A stretch of 48,450 nt of DNA from Fonticula-like sp. SCN 57-25 (taxonomy: Eukaryota): positions 1 through 48,450 of the forward strand of contig MEDX01000679.1 in NCBI GenBank assembly GCA_001724245.1, in the 5' to 3' direction. The position numbers and the translations under genes are program-made. The notes under the pieces were generated by a model, which had not been told where the DNA came from, did no database searches, and was given only the letters and a program-made list of their open reading frames with translations. Shown here piece by piece: positions 1 through 8,595 of the stretch; the stretch's first letter is position 1, and every line of letters starts with the position of its first letter.

Positions 1-22
1 CACGGGGCAACAGCATAATCAA
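1..22 (+). repeat. Left terminal inverted repeat (22 bp, starts CACGG)
   Basis: Perfect inverted match to 5860-5881. A 5'-CA start is typical of P-superfamily termini. Confidence 0.92.
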
Positions 23-26
23 GCGC

Positions 27-37
27 CCACGTGGATG
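27..37 (+). repeat. Left subterminal inverted repeat ccacgtggatg (candidate transposase-binding site)
   Basis: Reverse complement catccacgtgg occurs at 5833-5843. Confidence 0.7.
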
Positions 38-341
38 AGGGATATTTGGCTGATTTGGCGCCACTTTACCCACATATGTGAGCGCGTTGCCTTGAAGAGT
101 AATCATCTGGCTCTTTGCGGTAATCATTTTTTTTTTGTCGGTTGTCTATCCGCCGAATCTTTTTTTTTCCAGATCGCGTTCCGATTGCCCGAATTCTTCG
201 GATCCTCGAAGTGGTCATCACCGACATCGATTGCTTGATTCAGTTCCCTCCCTTTTGCTCGTCTACAGTACGCTTTTGCGCTCGCGGACGCCCAACACCT
301 CTTGCTAACACCTCTCGCTTGCAGGGCGCAGTAGGATTATC

Positions 342-2570
342 ATGGAAAAGAAGCAAGGTGGCAAGGTGGAGGTCGTCGTGCCGGGTGTCATCGATGAGGC
401 GCGTGGAGATGGCGTTCCGATCGGGCGAGTCCTGTGCTGGACTTACAAGAAGCGCCGCGCGACCAATTCGATCACCCTTGACGATAGCGGCTCAGTAGTG
501 TACAATATTGAGTACAAGTCAAGGAACGGTAAGAAGCAGTGGCTCGTATCTGGCCGCACGGTGACAAGAGCGGCCGATCTAATCCGCGGGCGCAAGCAAG
601 GGGGCCGTGGACCGGCTGGTTGGGTTGTAGGCCGCCTTCCAGGCAAGCATTTGTTTGGCCTTCACGACGACGGGCCTTCTACAACCGAATCCACCGGCGG
701 GTCCGAGCCCGCTGGCCTGGAGGAACCCCTGACGCTTGTACCCGACCCGCCTAATGTAGCTGAAGACAGCGACGACGAGAGCGGATGGGAAGAGGAAGAA
801 GAAGAAATGCCCGAAAATGAACATTCAACGGGGCCCGTGCCCCTCACACGCGCGAGCAATTTCTTGCTTCCACACGTGTTTGGGCTAAAGGACAATGATA
901 TCATTGACCACCTACCGCACCCGACAAAAGATTGTGCGGCGTCAGTTCTGCACCCCGCGAAACTCGAGCGGGTACAATGGAAGCCAATGACGAGAGCGAT
1001 GGCGGAGGAGGTAGCGGTCTTCTCAAAGTCGAACCGCATTAAGAAGAGTAGCAAAAAGAGCGCAGCGGGGCAAGCTGTTGCATCTCGACTGACTGGCCAG
1101 TTCGGCTGCAGCGTTACCGTTTCAGCGTGGCGAAACCAGCTCACCAAGATTTCAACAAAGGGCGGATTGGTGTCAGAGTTGCTGGCCAAAACACGTCATG
1201 AGCGCGACGCGCCGTGCGAAGGCGACCCACACGCACTAAACGCCATTGACGCGCTCCTCGTGTGCAATCACCAGCAACGTGAGGATGTGTTCCGCTATGT
1301 CGCGGCACGCTGCTTGGGAAGCGACCCATCGCGCGATTCCTTCTATCGCGCGATATTGCTTCTGCCTGGCGCATTGCGGCATGGTGAGACCGTCACCGGC
1401 GATGTCTTTGCAACGACAACCGGCAGTATGGTCACCGATTTTTTGTCTTTGCTTGCATTCGGCCAGATGCCAAAGCGCAGCATCTTTGCGCACACGATTT
1501 TGGCCGGCTGCCAACTAGGGTTGCAACCTCCCGCGCAGGGCGTGTTCCCAGAGTTTGTAAAGTCGTTCTATTCTTCAGTTTTCTTTTATGCCCGGGGCAA
1601 CGGGTACAACGCGATGCGCGGGCACAGCGGGTTGCGCCTGGCGTCCATGAACGTTCCCGGCATGCCGGCGGAATCGACGATTCGGGCATACGTAAAACGC
1701 CAGTTGAAGACAGTGCCAGCCATGGCAGAGAGGGGCATTGATATGACGGCAGTGGATGATGCGGTCAAGGCCGCGCCTGCCGACACCCTTCTGTGCGCGC
1801 AGCTCGATGGGCGCACGATTGACCACCGCGGCGGTGGCGATGTCGACCATGGAAGTACGATTAGAACCTCCTTTATCAATCTATACCGCCGGCATCAGCA
1901 TTGACTCACATCTCATTGGCGGGGTAGATGCTCAAGTAGGGAAAAGCTCCCGGAAAAGCCATTTGGAGCGAGTGGCGGCTGCGACTGCAGCACAGAACGC
2001 CGATGATCCCGTCGCGTTAAGGCAGCTGGCAGTTTCTGCCCTGAGCGATGTGCAAGGGGACATGGCCGCTTTTCGTGGTGACCTTAATAAGCGCCTATCT
2101 AAACTGGTAGCCAAGCAGGAGCGCTCCGCCGACGTCGCAAGGGCCCGCAAGTTGGAGGAGGTCCGTGAAATGCTTCGACAACTTGACGACGTTGCGGGTC
2201 GTGTTCCCTTAGTAACCCACGGGGTGGCGTACTTGCCCCGTACAATCGTCCGCCTTAACCCTGGTAGGTACTTTAAAAGGCAAACAGCGAAAGCCCTGGA
2301 GGACAGCGATCACTACCTTTCGAGGTGCGTCGAAAAGGGCATGTGGGGATAGATAAGGGGAGGTGATAGAGGGAGAGAGAGGAAAGGGAAAGGGAAGGGG
2401 AAAGAATGATATGGTGGTATCAAAGTCATCGTATAGGCAGGGAGATGCCTGGGAATCGAACCCAGATGCAATGCACATAACGAAACGTGCTGCAAAACCC
2501 ATCGTCTCTTCAAGAAGCCAACACGGTGATTTGAAGCGAAAGATACACACATACACACATGCACATACAC

Positions 2571-2614
<44 letters not shown>

Positions 2615-5161
2615 ATAGCCCTATGCAGTATAACTGAGATTAGGAATTCTAACGCGTACGCTTCTGTGAATAGATCCGGGAAAAATATCTTGTCCTTAGC
2701 GGGTTTACTCGGTGCGGGCGCACAGCTGTTTAAGGAGAACGAGCGGCGCAAAGCAATCAGCTACCCGCTGTATTTCGCAATGTGGAGCGTACCCGAGCCG
2801 GAGCTGAGACTGTTTAAAGGCGCAGCGCAAGGCATACCACTCTACACCGGCGATAGTCTACATTTTAGCAAGGGCGAAATAAACGCACGAGTAGGGGACA
2901 AGGCGTGGAACTTCACGATCCCCTATTTTAAAAGCGGAGATAAGATCTTTGACGTCGTGACCGGCGAAGCCGACATTGAGTCGTGTGCGCGCGCCTGCCT
3001 TATTGCGGCGGTCGAGCAGAGGGAAGTCGTACACATCGCGCAATTCGTCGCCGCGTCTAGCACGTTCGTCATTTACGCGAGGACAATATCGGCCGAATTG
3101 AGACAAGCTGCGTTGGATATGCTGAGCCGCATCGAGGACGAAAAAGCCGTCATGAAAAGAGTGCACGAACTACGTGCTCTTAATCGAACCCGCATCACGC
3201 CCTTGTTCTGCATGTCCGCGCCATCAACTTCGCCGCAATGGAGCGACACCGCGCTCGTGGGCAAGGCCCTGTCGGAGCTGCTCATTGCCGCGGACGACCT
3301 GCTGCGAGTGACGCCGACGGAGATGGTAGTGGTGATGGTCAGCGACACGGCGCGCGAGTCCACGTCGGAGGTGGGGCTCATGCTGACGGCCAAGGGCAGA
3401 GGAGGCGACTCCATTCGTCAGGCGTTCAAGCTTGTGTCGGACCGCGTGCTCGCTACCGCCGGGGACTCGCGTGACCACCTCACTGGCGACCACTCGGCTG
3501 TTGCCGAGGTCACTTGGCCAGACTCCTGCTCGCTGCCCCCCTTTCTCTGCGAAGCCCCGTCGCCGCCCCATGTTAAAGTCCACCCGCTCGCCCACATGGC
3601 TGTGGATGGGGAACACCATGAGCTCCTTCTCCGTGGACGTCGTCAGTCGGAAAACGCGGATGTTGAGGATGTGCCCCAGATGTTGTCGGAGGCCATCCGC
3701 ATGGTGCGCAAGGAGGTCTCAAATATTCTTCATGATATCGCACCGGTGCGCCAGTGGACCGTCGACGTAGTGGCACAGGCGGCGGAGAGCGTTGGTGGTG
3801 CAGAATGGTCGGCGCTGGTCCAGGCTGCAGCCGAGGATGTGGAGATGACCGCTGATGTTCCTGCGCACGAGCCGACATTATCAAGGAAGAGGAAAAAGGG
3901 TGAGAAGCGGGCAAGTAAGAAAAAACAGAAAACAAGTTGCGACATTGATGGAGAGTTGGGTGAGATAGAGAAGGGGATACGGGAAGAGGAGGGCGATGAA
4001 GAGGACAAGGACAAGGACAAGGACAAGGACAAGGACAAGGACAAGGACAAGGACAAGGACAAGGACAAGGAGTTAAAGAGAGCGCAACTTACGGCGGCGC
4101 TCGACAAGTTTCGAGAACTGGTGTTCGCCTTGCGTGCGCAAGAACTAGAGTGGAAGTGCCAGGGCGTTCGTTTCTCGTTCGCCCAGCATTTTTACGTCCC
4201 ATGCCCGCGAGGTGGCCGCGTCGCGTGGACTTCGATTGATGCCGGCCATCTGCTGAAGCGCCTTCGGTCAGCCACGGGATGCGGACACGCTGCTGCCAAG
4301 GAAGTCCCGCGCCTCCTTCCAAAGGACATTCTGGAAGCGGCGGCCGCCGACGACAAGGCGCTCGCCGCGATCCTGCGCGGGGCTGACCCGCAGTCGGTGC
4401 GATTCGCCATTTACCTCTTCTCGGAGAAGGTGGAGGCGACCATCCGAGCTGCCAACGCAGCCGCCGCCGACATTATCGCCCGCTGCCGCCGGTTTTGGAT
4501 GGCGCACGACCAGCGCGGCCTGACCGCCGAAACGCGACGCAGCCATCTGCTCGCCATGCGCTCGTGGCTGCTGGAAGGCGTCGACTTGCGCCAGTGGTTG
4601 AAGGTGGGGGTGCCTAGCTACGTGAAGGGCATTCCCATCGACACCTTCGAGGCCTTGGTGGCGTCTGCCGAAGCGGTCGCCGCTTTGCAGGCGTTTTCCC
4701 GTGCGTTTAACGCGAAATTTCTACGTGGAATGCTAACAAAAAATGACGCTATAGCATTTTTGCATACCCGCGCGCTTGGCTCGGATAATGTTGAGTGCCT
4801 ATTTTCCATCGTGCAGTCCCACGTGGGTACTCCGACCGCATCGAGCGCCCTGCAGTTGTTCGGCAAGCTGGTGCTGGAAAGGCGGAAGGCGGCAGATCGT
4901 CTGCTGCCGTGGCGTTATAAGAGGAGAAAGGCGGCGAAGTACCTTCATCGTCGCGATGAGGTACAACACCGCCGGTCGTTCAACACGCCATCCTCCGCCG
5001 CCAATACCACCGATACCACCATTCGAGCGCAACGGCCGCAGAGGGGATCCCTCCTCAAGGCCTTCATGTCGGCGCCAGAAGCGCGGGCCGCCCAGCGCGG
5101 AGCGGAGGGCGACCTCATAACTCCTCGCCAGCACAACAAGAGGCGCGCCGCGCGTGTATAA
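342..5161 (+). CDS. Large P-element-like DDE transposase, ~1465 aa; predicted exons 342-1854, 1928-2324, 2674-5161
   Basis: Introns 1855-1927 (gtacga..gtag) and 2325-2673 (gtgcgt..ttctaac..aatag) join three ORF-track ORFs in frame. P-transposase-like motifs occur in the expected order: GYNAMR..MPAESTIRAYV (cf. AYxxLR..LPSxxTLxxW), AQLDG (D1), AVDGE (D2), DAGHLLKRLRS (DxxHLxKxxRN), DPQSVRFAIYLFSEKVE (cf. KMxVxxAxQLFSxxV), LHTRALGSDNVECLFSIVQSHVGTPT (cf. SQDxLExxFSxIR..PT). A 5'UTR intron is predicted at 268-324. Confidence 0.8.
2571..2613 (+). repeat. (ATAG)n microsatellite, ~10 units, inside transposase intron 2
   Basis: Seen directly; preceded by a CA-rich tract. Confidence 0.95.
4004..4069 (+). 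repeat. (GACAAG)11 coding microsatellite encoding (DK)11
   Basis: Perfect hexamer tandem, in frame within the transposase. Confidence 0.95.
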
Positions 5162-5229
5162 TATGTAAATGTTTTTCTGTATCATAGCTGCATACCTTGT
5201 GTACATTATTGTATAATTATCCTTGTAAA

Positions 5230-5772
5230 CTATGTATTAAAACCAACATGAAAGGGAATACAAGTGACCGAAAACTGGACCACAACGAGCTTAGTAAAAA
5301 TGCACCAAACCATCTCTAAACGTACCATAAATACTAATACAAAAGTCGTAGAAGAAGGTGAAAAGGGACGTGGGTACAAACGAAGAAGGCTCAACAGGAT
5401 GCGGTCATAGGATGCCATCCGCACGACAAAGGAGACACGGCAGCCCGCTTAACGTGCCCTGTGCGAGGAAAGGTGAGCAAACGCAGTGAAAACAGCAGCA
5501 TGTCGCACCGAGCAATTAAATAAAACATATCGCTCTCATAACATACCAAAAACAAAAAGTTTCCGGCACGTTGGCGTCGTCTGTACGCGATGGAGAGCAG
5601 CGTTCGGATCAACAACCAAGATTACCGAGCATATGAAATATTAAAAAACTCGAAATCCAACTGCCGCCCGCCCTTCCGACACTTGAAAATTTTCAATAAT
5701 ATGATACCTGTGTATCTTGTGAACATGTTAGTACCACTCAAGTGTCCCCCGGATGCGGTCACCGCGCACCAT
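5230..5772 (-). ncRNA. Putative spliced minus-strand transcript within the transposon right end (non-coding or micropeptide)
   Basis: Host-style intron signals on the minus strand at 5708-5769, 5459-5508 and 5275-5325, plus a weaker one at 5581-5625. No long ORF after splicing. Transcript boundaries are unknown. Confidence 0.35.
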
Positions 5773-5832
5773 CGAGAATCCCGCGCGGGCGTTCGCGCTT
5801 GCCGCGCTCTTTTCAGAGGGGCGTAACGATAC

Positions 5833-5843
5833 CATCCACGTGG
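5833..5843 (-). repeat. Right subterminal inverted repeat
   Basis: Inverted copy of 27-37. Confidence 0.7.
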
Positions 5844-5859
5844 TCCGATCCGTAATTTT

Positions 5860-5881
5860 TTGATTATGCTGTTGCCCCGTG
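5860..5881 (-). repeat. Right terminal inverted repeat
   Basis: ttgattatgctgttgccccgtg is the reverse complement of 1-22. Confidence 0.92.
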
Positions 5882-5929
5882 AAGCCAGTTTGCAGATTGC
5901 AATTTGCAGGATAGTTTGCAGGCTCGAGG

Positions 5930-7619
5930 ATGCTGGTGTCCACGACGGCACGGCGGTCGGTGCGGCTGCTTGGCGTGGCGCGCCTCGCGGCAGCCGACGC
6001 TGCGCGGCAGTGCATCGGCTGCGGAGCGCACCTACAGGTCACTGACCCTGCGGCGGCCGGGTATGTACCGCCGAGCCGGCTGGTCACTTGGAGCGGGGCC
6101 TCACGCCGCGCTCGCGAGCGACTCGCATCGCTGACGGCGGGCGAGCCGGGCGAGGCACCGGCCGACGAGCCGGTGGCCGACATCAAGGTCGCAGAAGAAT
6201 CGATGAAGCTTGTCATGGCGCCGCGGTCAGAGTTCCAGGAGCTCGATCCCACGCTTGTGACGGACGACATGGCCGTGATCTCGGCGGGCGATATCAAAAA
6301 GGCGCGCCGCGAGCTCAAGTCGGCGACGCCTCGCGTCTCGTGCCAGCGCTGCTATCACCTGAGCAAGTATCGCGAGGTGCTTTCAGTGTCGGTGACTGCG
6401 AGCGACTATGAAAAGGTGCTCAGGCAGATCCGCGAGCGGCCCGCGCTCATCGTGCTGGTGGTGGACGTGCTCGACTTTCCGGGCAGCCTGCTAAGCCAGC
6501 TGGCCGCAACCGTTGGCAAGCATGAGGTGCTTCTCGTCGGTAACAAGGTCGACCTGCTGCCAACGGACGCGCGCCGCGTCGGTCTCAAGCACTGGCTCGA
6601 AGGCGAAGCGCAGCGGCTGCTCGACAGTACGCGAGTCGGAAAGTTTTTATTGTGCTGATGAATGTCGATAGCGCGCATCCGTGGTGTGCACCTTGTGAGC
6701 GCCCGCAGCGGCGAGGGCGTCGACGACCTTTTAAAGGACATTAAAGAGTCTCGCGGCTCGCGGTCAGTGTACATTGTGGGCTGCGCCAACGTGGGCAAGT
6801 CGGCTGTCATCAATCAGATCCTGCGCCGCGACGGCCGGTCGTCGCGGACGCTCACCACGTCGCCTGTGGCCGGCACAACGCTCAACCTTGTGCGCTTTAC
6901 GCTACGGGACGGGACTGTTGTCCACGACACACCCGGCCTTATCCCCGACAAGCCGCTCCTCCACAAGGTGCGCTGATTGCCTTGCCACTTTGCGTCTTTT
7001 ACTAAATCTTTTATAGTACCTCACGCATGAAGAAATGGAGCTGGTGATGCCCACCAAGCCGTTCAGCGCGCCAATGTTTTCACTGGTGCCCGGCCGCTCG
7101 CTGCTGCTCGGCGGCCTCGGTCGGATTGACCACGTTGGCCCCGCTCCTTCGGTGCTGCTGACGGCCTTTGTCGCGCCGGGCGTTACGCTGCACGTAACGC
7201 GCACGGACACGGTGGACTATTTTGTCAAGAAGCACATGTCGAGCCGGCAGCTGCGGCCGCCGCTCCCGCGCGACAAGTTTGGCTCGACCGAGGAGGGCGC
7301 CCTCCCGGTCAGTGTCCCGCCGATGCCGCCGGCCGAGCAGATCGACTTTGCCGCGGCGCCCGTCGTGCCCCACGGCTCCAACTCGTGGCACGCTGCGCTT
7401 GACGTTGTGTTCCCCGGCCTCGGGTTCGTGTCCGTCACGGTGCCGCCGGCGAGGGCTACCGACAGGCAGGCGTCGTTCGACGCCGACACGGCCCTGCGCG
7501 CGTTCTACCCCGAGGGGCTCGGCGCCGTCACGCGGAGGCCAATGCTCCCGTACGAGGCGCAGAAGCGCGGGCCAAAGGAGCGCGGGGGGATGCACGCGCG
7601 CGTCTACTACAAGCCGTGA
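5930..7619 (+). CDS. NOA1: Circularly permuted GTPase, NOA1/YqeH/Gep3 family (mitochondrial ribosome assembly); introns 6627-6671, 6968-7016
   Basis: Split zinc motif CIGCG..CQRC; VVDVLDFPGS, NKVDLLP (G4), SA (G5), GCANVGKS (G1), GTTL (G2), DTPG (G3), LGGLGRID. The Arg-rich N-terminus resembles a mitochondrial presequence. Confidence 0.9.
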
Positions 7620-7720
7620 GGCCCAGTGTCCATACTGTTGAGTGTACATATACTTGTATTTACAATAACACGACGGTCTATACAATGTGGCAGAGAGCGC
7701 AGAGGCAAGGCGGGGTGGCT

Positions 7721-8509
7721 CTACATGACGTGGGCGTACGCCGCCGGGTCGATGCGGTACATGTTGCCGTACTGCAGGGACGACTCTTTCTTGTCGTCCA
7801 CCTCTACGATCGTCACCGCCATGCCTGTCGGACTGTGTGAGCAGCGCGGTAAACAAGGAGGCGTCGCGTACTGTCGCTATCTAAAATTCTATACATGACA
7901 GTAATGCAGGCCGTCTTGGTCCAAAAATTGAGCACCACGAGGCCCACGTTGGCCATGAAGCGCCCCGTGCACAGCGATCCCGAGTACTGCCACTCGAGGT
8001 TCATTTCGTTCGAGCGCGACACACACGTGCACTTCATTACATAGCCGCTTCTCAACTCGCCGCGCTGAAGAGACTTGCCAAAGCTCCACCGAATATGCCG
8101 TACGCCAATCTCGGCCTCGAACCGCTGTACCTCGTCGATCTACCGCGGCGCGTGTTACCAACATGAGATAGAAATACAGGGCGATCGGCGTACCTGCACA
8201 ACCGTGTTGGTCTCGCGCAAATGCCCGTATCCGCCACCAAACTCACGCCACTCGAGCGTGCGCTTCCACGTCCCAAGCCAGTACTTTACAAGCTCATTCT
8301 CAGAAATATGGTGCTCCTGCCGTCGCCGACGGTGAGCGTCAACAAAAGGACGCGCGGCGCGATCGTACCTTTGCGCTTTTGAGCCCCCGAGGTACCACCT
8401 CGTCATTGTCGCTGTCGTCATCATCCTCCGCCAGAGCCGCCGGCCCGGCGCCCTTACGCGGGCTCTGCGCCGGCGAGTTTGTCCTAATTCCAAGCCAGCT
8501 AAGGTCCAT
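7721..8509 (-). CDS. Hypothetical protein, 4 predicted exons (MDLSWLGIR..WKRTLEWREFGGGYGHLR..YGNMYRIDPAAYAHVM*)
   Basis: Three gtacg..ag introns join minus-strand ORF fragments into one frame. Family not recognised. Confidence 0.65.
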
Positions 8510-8595
8510 TGCCGCGCGTCGCCGTCGCTTAGAGGAAACGAAAACTGCAAACCCGATGACAGTTTGCAGTTTGCATCGTGACGCAACGCCTCATC

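Larger units (their letters stand above)
1..5881 (+). mobile_element. DNA transposon, divergent P-element-superfamily-like, apparently full length
   Basis: Positions 1-22 (cacggggcaacagcataatcaa) are the exact reverse complement of 5860-5881. A second inverted pair lies at 27-37 and 5833-5843. The interior holds one large spliced ORF with DDE-transposase motifs. The left flank is outside the window, so the TSD cannot be seen. Confidence 0.9.

Noticed and set aside
1855-1898. Shorter first coding intron ending at the cag at 1898
   Set aside because: It shifts the frame into a stop within about 10 codons; the acceptor at 1927 keeps the frame.
342-5161. Three separate genes or a frameshifted pseudogene
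   Set aside because: Two consensus introns join the ORFs in frame, and the transposase motifs are colinear across them.
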